The notes below the pieces were generated by a model that made no database searches, had not been told where the DNA came from, and saw only the letters and a list, made by a program, of their open reading frames with translations. Of a stretch of 64,000 bases of DNA, positions 11,001 to 20,099 are shown one piece after another. A program made the position numbers and the translations under genes. Source of the stretch: Takakia lepidozioides (Eukaryota > Plantae > Bryophyta); the NCBI GenBank assembly GCA_030704615.1, contig CM060732.1:82274001-82338000 (forward strand), in the 5' to 3' direction. Positions within the stretch are counted from its first letter, which is position 1. Each line of letters begins with the position of its first letter.

Positions 11001-12783
11001 TGGCGAACACCTAGTGCACCCAACTGCTATTATACTCGAGCTAGAGACTCTCACCAACAAATTCCCATTCATTTCCAAAAATATTCTCACTGCAACTCTC
11101 CACGCCAAGACAAACATCCCTGGATATCAACCCCCTCCCATGATACCGCCACCAATCATCTCATCTTGCTTGCCCAGCCACATCAATGACCCACCTCCAA
11201 CACCCCTTAGATCCAACAGTCCCCCACACGCCCCCTTCTCCCAGCAAGCACACGCACTCAACATACTCTCCTGGAATGTAGGGTCACTTGCTACCAGCAT
11301 TCAAAGCCTTATCCATCTAACGGACTCTACACCTCCGCATATCATTCTATTACAAGAAACTAAACTCAACACACATGGCCCTAACAACTCCTACATCAAC
11401 AATCTCCTTCCAGCCTACTATTTGCTATATGGCAGTTCCTTCACAGCCACACAATGCCTACTTAGACGCTCCGCGCCATATCATCCCATTCGGGGCAGAG
11501 TGGCTTTTGGTATCCTTCGCACACATCACTCCCCTAGTACCACGGTCAAAATACCTGTTGCTCTCTCCCTCCGATCACACCTTCAAATCATCAAACTACA
11601 CCTCCCAGCTATCCCTCCCATTATCTTTATCCACTTGTACATGCCCTCACATGCCGAAGATCTCCCCTTGATCCATAATATCCTATTTACCATCTCTAAC
11701 ACACTCACACAATTCTCCAACCAATCCCAGCACTACATCCTAGCAGGCGATTTCAACAGGGACATTGCCCTCATAGGCCACACATACAATGGTGTTCACA
11801 AACCTCCATCCCCCGTTGACCATGAATGGGCAAAATTCACTCACTCACACTGCCTCCATTATATACCGGTCGATCACCATTACTCCAGACAAGGTGGACT
11901 TAACTACTCATCCCTCAATCTTCTTGATGGTTTCTACTTCAAGACACAAAATGACATCCCCTCATATCTCAACAGCCATGTACACATTAATAGTTTATGC
12001 AATTCAGACCATTATCCCGTCTCAGTCACCATCCCAGCATCCATCATCCCCTTTCGACCTATCCCACCTATACATGTTCCACCGCCGCAATCTAGAATCT
12101 TATCCCCATTTCCCCACAATAACATAATCGCCTTTCTAAAACACTCCCAGCCAACATTCTTACACCTCATGCTAAGACTCTCCGATATACTCTCCAAAGC
12201 AAACCTCGTGCAGTCCCCTGACAAAGCATGGAACGACGCCGAGACCATACTCACGACTTCAATGCAAGAAATGACCAAAAGTGTGATTGCCACCTGCTCT
12301 GCCCCCCCTGAAATCCCACAAACTGCACGCTCAAAACAAAATGGTGGCTACCTTACCCGTACTCAAAAACGTATATGGACATCACATCTTAACACCTACC
12401 ACACGATCAGGCGTGCCCTTGCTATTATACCCACCACTACCCCCATTCACCAGAGGAACAACTGGACATCGGATCCACGGATCACTTGCCTAAATACCTT
12501 AACAACGTGTCAAGCACTAATGTCACCACCTGCCAATCCCTATTCCAAAATGGACAACTGCTCTCTCCAAAGTTGGCAGATATGCCAAAAAAGCCGCTTA
12601 CAATATTACCAAACAACCACCGATGCCGTCCAACTAATAGGAAACATCTACACAAACAACACTACTGAATACTTTGGCACATACTATGGCTCCACCCCGC
12701 CTATCCCCATCCTTCGTGGAACTATCCAAGGTGACACCTTAAGCCCCTACCTATTCATTATCTTCCTAGAACCCCTACTTTGA
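5071..12783 (+). CDS. 2570-codon ORF: host-fragment/PPR mosaic, low-complexity linker, 2A-like motif, APE endonuclease, then part of the RT after an apparent frameshift and deletion (~12540-12620)
   Basis: PPR motifs (TALVDMFAICGSINDARQV; VVSWNVTLIGYAQQGRDMEALETYDQMLGEGVKPDHNTFMCIYNTCASMAALEKGKEVH) at ~6240-8910. APE motifs LNILSWNVGSL, ILLQETK, ILAGDFN, LLDGFY, SDHYPV at ~11260-12020. RT motif RGTIQGDTLSPYLFIIFLEPLL. First in-frame ATG at 5137. Confidence 0.8.
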   Translation: MLGVQIAYPHSQLHFPGLLFTFMFFSWQVVRAGTAWVCNTLSTSHTSHSSKDRAKKMIDIYQQGGRKIAFVTTNKAQLTATPFNSHFRLLLGATLYVLSWICCAHCTQHENHTKIVLQQPAIMQVPWNECNLTISILLNAEGLDTFDDARCVDKNWVANTILPNASAKRYAAATDRIGFGAAQLLLLAPHDTVLKPRYPCLSRFPNVMSKPKHSRPANVFCFIPAQAHCNFLMMGKPLKCFSGGSYSRRRDQLYLCLSLEVVGGWSYSCNNSKSPTFVICNFQDRHLPRRIQKMECGWVAAPARDKDSIPANTDLSFDDGAQVSPSGPANALAAQLHVHTHSTVNLLPRFNGMRFHLLAKTHFVLPRTRASVFCYPALHGLDDYSILSRVHAAHAAIMRAEIESDIMSDTALVDMFAICGSINDARQVDDNMRLQNVASWNVMITGYACYGCGRKALEVYEQLIKKGVTFAYGLNAWASLAALKEAHTDIKNAGIVLGYAQYGYAATLQIAAAGASQDAIKLGKYVPLPPQQKRQARLNGHVKAEVVTHVVETYDQVMVEGMKPNHIASVCICNACANLAALVKLKVVHVDIIKAGAVPNVILNTAQAALEKGKEAHGDIVRAGIVPTVILKYTLVVTYAKYEEAQGVFDTTAERDVVSWNVTLIGYAQQGRDMEALETYDQMLGEGVKPDHNTFMCIYNTCASMAALEKGKEVHGDIFRTRIVPKVTLNSTLVAMYVKCRCIDDEKGVFNRLETAPADMYAKCESMKDACQATAANSVTPVLRQRAPLLPADVQLNPPAPLCGLTCTCPATLRKGEEVHDGVILAQKTPNISLETALADRFAKYGSVQSWLPQQRVHGLVNDHPCMATNHHLQLPAFRSSGTVRGCSHPPAAAPNQPASPPKSSILWQFHTISRPLPTTSLLPSSNSPPADVAHQTENPDTPPCSKSAHLLELYLSLKQRRIVGQLNYQDSDELVVLWNYAKAADKWAAPAGGAVVVPNVTLHTALADLGKGKVVHGDIFRAGIVPTVTLNNTMVDMYTKCGCIEDAKGVFDTMAERDMMSWNAMLAGSVVAVPNVILHTALAHLEKGKEAQGDISRAETVPTIILNNILVDMYAKCFDVSVPNAILHTAPADLDKGNEVHGDIFRAGIVPAVTLNNTLVDMYAKYGRIEDAKEVFDTMVERDLVVWNALPAGIAVVVPNVTVHIALADLEKGKEVHGDIFKAGIVPTVILNNALVDMSAKCECIEDAKGVFDTLAERDGGSWNAMLVGFAWQGRGMEALPSTAPTYPTTLASSHKQQMNFPLPQRPLTYREPSHLISSSWSLPSFFLVNCPLNPYPMSSLHDLQLLCYGLLTNHMWRSNLLQAQLHRMSIPEYLTRGKYNSQAGYFPSVDHSALLVSSPQATWVHWLSRFQTILHTCYYPHTIVHNDFYSMLLLNSHKCYFSNDCHSIHYHSLFDIRSYWLPQENATSEKCYLWKMLPLENATFGNCYLGKMLPLGKDYLRKMLPRENATSLYCYPYYFQTILHHDLYPLFSLKTILHHDLYPLFSLKTILHHDLHSLFSFKTIRHRDLHSLFSYNDIYKIHYHHYGTHLLSEAYHPSSINYILSQIPRYQRLSVCETIGSYKNLHYYFHPCPPKHTTPLHIPFTHNRHLTQLQDFSSVPLPELIHPWMSSTYPLSPTLVNYILSTHHTPIFNFYPHHESSCTTNLLHDPQTNPHTNPHAIPSPPHTNATSSTSTHYANTNSTPLIHFLHNYPPRTPTPHPLKIQLITHYSHGRYHQRPLASKHSSHHPPSHFKSYLLAYETLTLLHCGDIHPNPGPYTITSIINKLPKDHKDRYKLYFQTDTVTLVPAYHHLSDHFSPFLPNPPTNNRKPTHPIVTFGIPTCEHPSLVTATHKLSTYPPQHLLLSLIVVISPIPSICNDYFRTQPDIHIRLLLQQLHELPTLPHRYLAPPHYLHNLHESLDLLQAKPGVVHKILGEHLVHPTAIILELETLTNKFPFISKNILTATLHAKTNIPGYQPPPMIPPPIISSCLPSHINDPPPTPLRSNSPPHAPFSQQAHALNILSWNVGSLATSIQSLIHLTDSTPPHIILLQETKLNTHGPNNSYINNLLPAYYLLYGSSFTATQCLLRRSAPYHPIRGRVAFGILRTHHSPSTTVKIPVALSLRSHLQIIKLHLPAIPPIIFIHLYMPSHAEDLPLIHNILFTISNTLTQFSNQSQHYILAGDFNRDIALIGHTYNGVHKPPSPVDHEWAKFTHSHCLHYIPVDHHYSRQGGLNYSSLNLLDGFYFKTQNDIPSYLNSHVHINSLCNSDHYPVSVTIPASIIPFRPIPPIHVPPPQSRILSPFPHNNIIAFLKHSQPTFLHLMLRLSDILSKANLVQSPDKAWNDAETILTTSMQEMTKSVIATCSAPPEIPQTARSKQNGGYLTRTQKRIWTSHLNTYHTIRRALAIIPTTTPIHQRNNWTSDPRITCLNTLTTCQALMSPPANPYSKMDNCSLQSWQICQKSRLQYYQTTTDAVQLIGNIYTNNTTEYFGTYYGSTPPIPILRGTIQGDTLSPYLFIIFLEPLL
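8055..8880 (+). repeat. About 4 tandem, internally deleted PPR (L-S type) units
   Basis: Repeated VPNV.LHTALADLEKGKEVHGDIFRAGIVPTV.LNN.LVDMYAKC.CIEDAKGVFDTMAERD..SWNA, all sharing the same deletion junction (TALA|DLEKG). Confidence 0.85.
9456..9609 (+). repeat. ~16-bp minisatellite (GGAAAATGCTACCTTT), about 9 copies, inside the ORF
   Basis: Directly visible; translation cycles through ENATS / KCYL / KMLP. Confidence 0.9.
9635..9800 (+). repeat. 42-bp in-frame tandem repeat, about 4 copies (KTILHHDLYPLFSL)
   Basis: aaacaattctacaccatgatctttaccccctgttctcactca repeated. Confidence 0.9.
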
Positions 12784-15700
12784 TCGCTAGCTCGAGGCAA
12801 GCTTGGATATCACTACAAAACCTCATCAAGTGACATCTCAGCTACAGCATATGCAGACGAGCTAGCCATCCTGGCACATAAACCACAACACCTCAACCGA
12901 CAAGTTAATAAACTACTCTGATTCAACCTATGGTCAGGCATGGAACTCAGCTTACACAAGTGCGCCATCACAGCCGCCACACATCATAGTCGGCTCACCA
13001 AAACTGCCATAGCCTCACATTGTAAACTCTATGTACACTACCAAAACGCACCCTTCCCCTTCCTAGGACCAGACGAGCCATACACTTACTTAGGCATACA
13101 ACTCGTTCCCTCCCTTACTTGGCATATCCAAAAAGAATCTACATCATCCAAACTCATTACCAAAAGTATTGCCTTGCTTAAATCCCTAATTGCCATTCGA
13201 CCAAAACTATCAATCATTCAATGAGTACTACAAACACAAATTCAATATTCGTTCCACACCGCACCCTTCTCCTTATCAGACATCAAAAAACTTGATAAAA
13301 GTATTATCCAGCTAACAAAACGTGTATGTGGTCTACAAACTAGCACCCCCAATGCCCTCACACAAGTACCTACGGACCACTACGGCATTGGTTCAAGCCC
13401 ATTAATCATCTCATATGTTCGAACATTAGGCACCTAATTAAAAGAAGCACTCAATGATCCTGGGCGTCTAGGTATCATTTATCAGGGACTTCTCAAATAC
13501 CTTGCATCTAAATACAATGGCATATACTCATTATCATCCCTGCACCCACAAGCCTGCCTACACTCCCCCACTGCACGCACACTACTCATCCTGTGTCAAA
13601 TGAAAATTAGCATACAAACTGATCTGCCTGACTATCCTAATGCCTCATCACCCTTAGAACGCGCATGGCTTACAAGCCCTTCTCTACCACAGTTTGACAT
13701 TTCTTATCCCAAACAAAAGGTTTCCCTCCTCACATATTTCAAAGAACAACACATCACCACCCTCACCCAACTTACTACCGCCACTGGCCATAGACTTTTA
13801 AAACCTAGCGAATTCACTCTTAAATTCTCTCGAGCCACGACCAAAACCAATTGCTACCTACATCATTTTCGTACCCTCTTCTGCCATCCCTCGACCGCCT
13901 GCACTCTACAATGTGACCTCCCATGTCTCTACTATCCGCATACGGCTCAAGACCTGCTCCCCCAGTACCGTTCTACCCCTACTACCTCCATCTACCAAAC
14001 ACTCCAAACGACATATGCCACCAATACCCAAACAGACATAGAATCTAATTTCTCCTCTCAAGTAACTAACACACAACACCCTGAACCTATCCGCCACTTG
14101 CATACGCCATAATCCCTCACGTGCTCGGCAAGGATCCCACATCCCCCTAACCACCGCACCATCCCCCCCACCTTCACCACAATACGACGACAATAACAAT
14201 GCTTATATCATTGAAGCTATACTAGGAGTTAAAACCCAAACGTCCATTGATGCCTTTGGAGCCACCTGCATTGATACATACTATCACTGTCAATGGGCTG
14301 GGTACTCTTCCGCAGACAACACATGGCAGATAGAAGATGACCTCTTCGGCCGACATGACGATTGCGACCCCGAACACAATCTTGCCCTCCTCACTACCTT
14401 CCATAAACAAACCAACACCAACTATCTAACACACATGCACCAACAACACACCACTCCCGCCCAACCTACAGATAACAGATATATACACCAGCCACTCTAT
14501 GCCCCCAACGTGCACATCTGCATAACTGAATGTAATCCTGACAAAGATGTCAAGCATGATCAACCTCTAATCCACATGGGCCCCCCGCCTTTCCAACATT
14601 TACGCTCAACATGGCCGTTTCATTGGCCTCATCCCCAATACAAGACTAACGTGGCTCTGGGAGAAATACTCTACTACTACCTCATCCCCACAGTCCCTAC
14701 AACCCCCGAAACAAGATTTTGCTACCAAATTATATTGGCTGGTTGATCGCTACCTAAAAGACACTCCCCCCAAGAAACCACGGTCTCTCACTAAATTGGA
14801 AACAACATGTGCGCATCATACTATACCCCAAGATATTCTCTCCTTACTTATCAACACATTCCAGCTTACTCACTCATATTACTCCAACCCATTGACATGT
14901 CCTATGACATTGCCCACATTTTCTAGCCCGCACCATAGAGACTGTATCTTTGGAGCCACTGGTACTGCCACCCACCACACCTGGGAAGGCCGGGGCCTTG
15001 CCCACCCTCCACCTGGTTCTCCTTCTCACGAAGCTCTTCAACGGGCAAAACTTGCTGCGCACTCCTCTCCTACTGCATCCACAATCCTCATCATCGCACA
15101 ACAAAACACTCCTAATATCTCTCACCCTCTTCTACAACTCCCAGAAGGGGTCAATCTACTCGCCACAATTGACCCAAACTAGCTTAAGTATATTCACACC
15201 CCTCCTCTTCCCAAATATCTCAAACGGAAGGAACCCACCCTAACCCTGATTCTACACATCCAAAACCCCCGGCATACAGCCATACCGCCATCTTTCTTTT
15301 CTCAGCTCGAATAATTGCTCACCATCACTCATAAAATAAAGGCCACCATCCATTATCCAACCATCCTCTCCCACACCCATACACCCACCACATTGTCCCG
15401 GATCAAAACCAACAAAGCTTGGAACATTGCGACACCACGCCCTTCTCAGGTCACGCCAACAACACCTCTACCCCCAATCTCTGCAATATATCAACAAAAC
15501 ACTATCCCCAAATATCCACTGGCCAATTCACATTACACTGACGGATCCCTCACCAAACCTAACGCAGGGTATGGAATCTATCACGCCGGCACCAGTGAAG
15601 GCGTTGCCCTCAGGCTCCCTGGCTCTGCCACCATCCTCCGGGCTGAACTCATGGCCATTTATACGCCCTCTCTCTACTTGACACCTCCCCCCCCCCACAC

Positions 15701-16933
15701 TATATTTTCACCGACAACCTTACCTCACTATTCCTCATTCGTAACCACATCTCCAACCCCTCTGCCCATCATCATCACCCCGACCGCAACCTCATTGCCG
15801 CTATTGTCTAGAGGGCCATCTCCCTAGGCCACCTAGTCCATATACTCAAAGTCCGTTCGCATACTGGCATCCATGGTAATGAAGAAGCAGACCTACTCGC
15901 CCAACTCGGCGCCTCCCAACCCATAGTTGAACCCTCGAACGACCCTATTCACATCGCCCACACCCATCCTTTCTGGTTCATACACCCCGTTCCAGACCCA
16001 CGTGCACCCAGACCAGTCCGAAACCTCCTGACCACTCTGACCAGAGAAGCAAATAAACAAGCGGCAGCCTCCATCAGCCATACCAAAGTACACATCCAAA
16101 AATGGACTCAATCCAATGTACTACACCATAAACTCTCCAATCATTTCTGGCTAACCAAAACCACTACCGACGCACAAATCCGACAAACACTCAAATTCCG
16201 ATATGCCCAATACATGGGCCACCAGCGCAAACACATCTTCTGGTCACATCTGTTCCCATCCCCATACTGCCCGTTATATGCAACCACCCACCAAGCTCGT
16301 GACACTTGGCCACATCTCCTCAGCCAATGTACACACCCAGTTATACATGGCTTACATATCACGCGTCATAACCAGGCAGTCTGGCACCTCCACAAGCTCT
16401 TTCTAAAACGTGTTGAAACCCATTGGTTCTCGCTCATGAATGCAGGCACCTACCAGGGACGGCCACCCGACCACACAGTACCACCGTGGCTACTACCATG
16501 CATATGTACCCAAACACCATGCTCATGCCCCGCTCGACTTTGCCCGGACATACTCCTCGTCCAAGGTCTACCTATCAACACTTTACCCCCCACCTCACCA
16601 TCCCCACAACTCACCATCCATTTCATTGAATTCACATTTTGCCACGATCGTTATCCAAATGATTCAATCTTAGAAAAACGGCAAAAATATGCCCCGCTTA
16701 TCTTTGCACTCCGAAGGCGTGGCTGGAAAACCGGCCCATTAACTGTCATCACAGCCGGCACTCGAGGTGGCATTCATAACACCAATATCACGGACATACA
16801 CGATAACTTCCAAATTCCCATTCTTCCCATCCACAAATGTTTCAAAGAAATCCATCTCACAACACTCCGTTCACTCACAGCTATTATCACCAACAAACGC
16901 CAACTGGAATCCGGCACTTCAAACGCACCTTAG
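12784..16933 (+). pseudogene. Decayed 3' half of the retroelement ORF: RT core/thumb, chromodomain, MTase-like segment, RNase H, CCHC-like knuckle, restriction-like endonuclease
   Basis: AYADELAI (12847, YADD>YADE) and YTYLGI. Chromodomain YIIEAILG..YYHCQWAGYSSADNTWQIEDDL (~14204-14343). RNase H YTDGS..AELMAI..IFTDN..KVRSHTGIHGNEEADLLA (~15533-15900). CPLY..DTWPHLLSQC..RHNQAV, then PDILLV..IEFTFC..EKRQKY (16268-16790). Multiple stops and frameshifts. Confidence 0.88.
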
Positions 16934-19444
16934 GTCCCCCGGGATACCCCTGGGTACCCAGGGGTACCCTCGCCCCCTCTATTCTTAGCGGTCACCTGGT
17001 GTCCTCCTGGACACTTTTTGTTATAGGGCCCACCCCCGAAAGGGGGCAGTAGCCGCAAGGCGAAGTGGCTCTTAGTTACGCCGGCCTCGGCCGGAGTCTT
17101 CTCTCTCTCTCTCCCAAACATGCGGGTCTCTAGATACATAGGGGATTGCACACCGGGCACTGTGGAATTTTTTTTACTTAGATGACATTGGACACTTGGG
17201 CCAACGGCAAAAGCTACCCTAGAGGTTGCATTTGGGCCTCGACATAGGAGACCCACTCTGATACATAGGGGATTGCACACTGGGCTTAGATGGGCCTCGA
17301 CATAGGAGATGCACATGGGAGATGTCAAAGTTGGAGGCATAGGAGATTGCACTTAGGCTTAGATGACATTGGACACTTGGGCCAACGGCGCAGGCTATCC
17401 TATCAATACATGAAGCGAGACGTTTGTTTTGTTTTGTTTTGTAGCGTCGTTGAGATCTCCCAAACCGCGGCCCCAACGCGGGTGCTTGGTGCCGTTGGAA
17501 AGCCCTCGATGAGGAGGGGTGCACCGACTTGGTCTCATGATTTTTGGACAAGCGGTAAGGAAGATGTGGAATTCCAAGTGCTTTGGGTCGCTGGAAATTC
17601 ACAAAAAATAGCAAAAATGGCAAAGTGGGCATTCCTGGGACAATGGTTGGAGCCTCGAGGGGAGAGATATCAAGGGAAAGGTCTCCGGTTCAAATCTGGT
17701 CGTAGGCTTTGTGGAAAAAAAACTTACTTAGATGATATTGGGCCATTGGAAATTTGGGAAAAATAGCAAAGTGGTCAATCCCGGGAGAATGGTTGGAGCC
17801 TTGACGGGAGAGACAACAAGGGAGAGGTCTCCGGTTCAAATCTGGTTATAGGCTATGTGGGAAAAAAAATGATTAGATATGGTTAAATCATTAGACTTAG
17901 ATGACTTAGATGACAGTGGACACTTGGGCCAATGGCAGAGGCTACCCTAGAGGTCGCACTTCGGCCTCACTTAGAGATCTTGCACTTGGCCTTTAGATGA
18001 CACTGGGCCAAGGGCACAAGCTATCCTAGAGGTCGCATTTGAGCCTCGACATAGGAGACACAATTGTATATATAGGGGATAGCACTTGGAGATATCAAGG
18101 GAAATGAGACAAATCTGGTCGTAGGCTTTGTGGAACGAAAATGATTGGATATGGCTTGCTTCATATATTGATGCACTTGGACTTAGATGACATTGGACAC
18201 TTGGGCCAACGACACAGGCTATCCTATCAATATATGAAGCGAGACGTTTGTTTTGTTTTGTTTTGTTTGTTTTATTTGTAGCGTCGCTGAGATCTCCCAA
18301 ACCGCGGGGCCCTAGCCCCGGTGCTTGGCGCCATTGGAAAGCCCTCGATGAGGAGGGGTGCACCGGCTTGGTCCCATGGTTTTTGGACCCGCGGTGTGGG
18401 AGATATTGAATTTCAAGTACTTTTGGTCTCTAGAAATTCGGGAAAAATAGCAAAGTGGGCTTTCCTGGAGCAGTGATTGGGCCTTCACGTGGGAGATTTG
18501 GAATTTCAAGTACTTTTGGTCGCTGGAAATTCGCAAAAACTAGCAAAGTGGATATATCAATATACGAAGCCTTAAGAGGGGAGATTGCAAAAATAGCAAA
18601 GTGGGCTTTGGGATTGCACTTGGACTTTGGTGACATTGGACATGACTGGAGGTCGCACTTGGGCCTCTACATGGGAGACGTACATGGATACATAGGAGAT
18701 TGCAATTTGGGCTTAGATTTCAATTCTTCACACATGGGCCAATGACACACGCTACCCTAGATCTCCCAAATAGTGGGGTCTTTGGATACATAGGGGATTG
18801 CACTTGGACATAGAAGACAATGGAGTACACTTGGGCCAATGGCACAGACTACCCTAGTTTCTTATGTATCCAAGTGGGTCTCCTATTTCGAGGCCCAAGT
18901 GCGACCTCTAGTGTAGCCTATAACGTTGGCCCATGTGTGAAGAATTGAAATCTAAGCCCAAGTGCAACCTTTTATTCATGTATCCAAGTGCATCTCCAAT
19001 GTACAAGCCCAAGTGTCCAATATCATCTAAGTCCAAGTGCAATCCCATATCTGATCATTTTTTATTTTTATTTTTTTCAGAGAGCCTATGACCAGATTTG
19101 AACCGGAGACCTTTCCCTTGATATCTCTCCCGTCGAGGCTCCAACCATTGTCCCAGGAATGCCCACTTTGCCATTTTTGCTATTTTTTGTGAATTTCCAG
19201 CGACCAAAAGTACTTGGAATTACGTATCTCCCACACCGCATGTCCAAAAATCATGAGACCAAGCCGGTGCACCCCTCCTCGTCCAGGGCTTTCCAACGGT
19301 ATCAAGCACCAACGCTGGGGGCTTGCGGTTCGGGACATCTCAACGCTACAAAACAAAACAAAACAAACAAACGTCTCGATTCGTATATTGATTCGGAGTT
19401 AAAAGCAATTGAATATTTCTTTCTTTTTTAATGCTTTAAACTGT

Positions 19445-20065
19445 CCCGTAGGAAGATAATAGGAATAATGAACTTAATGGACACATGCAACCTCTGACAT
19501 AATGGTACGCCGATTTTTGGAATGTCAAATCTTCCCCACCCTCTCTTGAGAGTGACATGGAACTGAAGGAGTGTAAACTCCAGTCAGGGTTACACTAGGG
19601 TACAAGGTGAGGTGTGTAATTCCACTTGGAGTTACACGACAAGGTGTGTAACTCCACTCGGGGTTACACGACAAGGTGTGTAACTCCACTCGAGGTTACA
19701 CGACAAGGTGTGTAACTCCACTTGGTGTCACTCACCCTTGGTATCGAAATTTGACTAAGTCCAAATTTGGCCAAGTATAAAATGGACTAATCAGGGTTAC
19801 ATGAGAGATCAGGGTTACACTAATAATCCGGACTAACTAGGGTTACATGATAGACCGGGGTTATACACTACAAGAGCCTCCCATCAAGAGCCGCCTTACC
19901 ATCAGCTTATCCTCTTACCATCACGCTGCCCACCACACCATGAAAACCACTTGGATTCTTAAGTAAACCGAGGGTAAGAGGGATTTGACAGGGCCAGTCA
20001 GAGGAGCCCAGGCTGCAGCGACACGTGTCCATTAAGTTCTTACAGTATTCCTATTGTCTTCCGGG
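19445..20065. mobile_element. Non-autonomous TIR element with internal 32-bp palindromic tandem repeats; related inverted copy at ~48130-48575
   Basis: Imperfect TIRs CCC..GGAAGA(T/C)AATAGGAATA..AACTTAATGGACAC. Unit GACAAGGTGTGTAACTCCACTCGGGGTTACAC about 3.5 times at ~19610-19725. No clear TSD. Confidence 0.7.
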
Positions 20066-20099
20066 AAATATATATATAATTAAATGTGACGCAAAGATC

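Larger units (their letters stand above)
4340..17109 (+). mobile_element. Dualen/RandI-like non-LTR retrotransposon (APE + RT + chromodomain + RNase H + RLE) with PPR-derived cargo; now defective
   Basis: TSD TCTCCCAAACATG at 4327-4339 and 17110-17122; (CT)n 3' tail. An empty-site paralog lies at ~18737-18810 (ctagatctcccaaatagtggggtctttggatacatagg). Domain motifs are given in the entries below. Confidence 0.88.
3103..18857 (+). mobile_element. Non-autonomous Helitron B (same family, opposite orientation) nested in A, with many internal sub-repeats and repeated termini
   Basis: aagcccaagtgcaA|TCAATATATGAATTAAGACG ... GGCACAGACTACCCTAG|Tttcttatgtatccaag; joined flanks restore the family repeat unit. 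Extra 5'-end motifs at ~3433, ~17403 and ~18227. Segment ~3327-3750 is near-identical to ~17299-17720. Confidence 0.75.
2789..19391 (-). mobile_element. Non-autonomous Helitron A (outer), hosting nested insertions
   Basis: Minus strand reads ...actccgaA|TCAATATACGAATCGAGACG...GGCACAGGCTACCCTAG|Tatattattaag: 5'-TC, 3'-CTAG, A^T target, no TSD. The empty site is seen in the paralogous arm at ~20128-20170 (tattcaattgcttataactcccaa|tatattattaagaatgaga). Confidence 0.8.

Noticed and set aside
12781-16040. Stops repaired by U-to-C RNA editing
   Set aside because: Nuclear context with frameshifts also present; methylcytosine deamination is the simpler explanation.
17025-17072. HDV-like or hammerhead ribozyme in the 3' UTR
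   Set aside because: Lacks the nested pseudoknot and the CUGANGA core; kept only as a structured RNA.
19610-19725. 32-bp hairpin repeats resembling CRISPR repeats
   Set aside because: Head-to-tail with no unique spacers.
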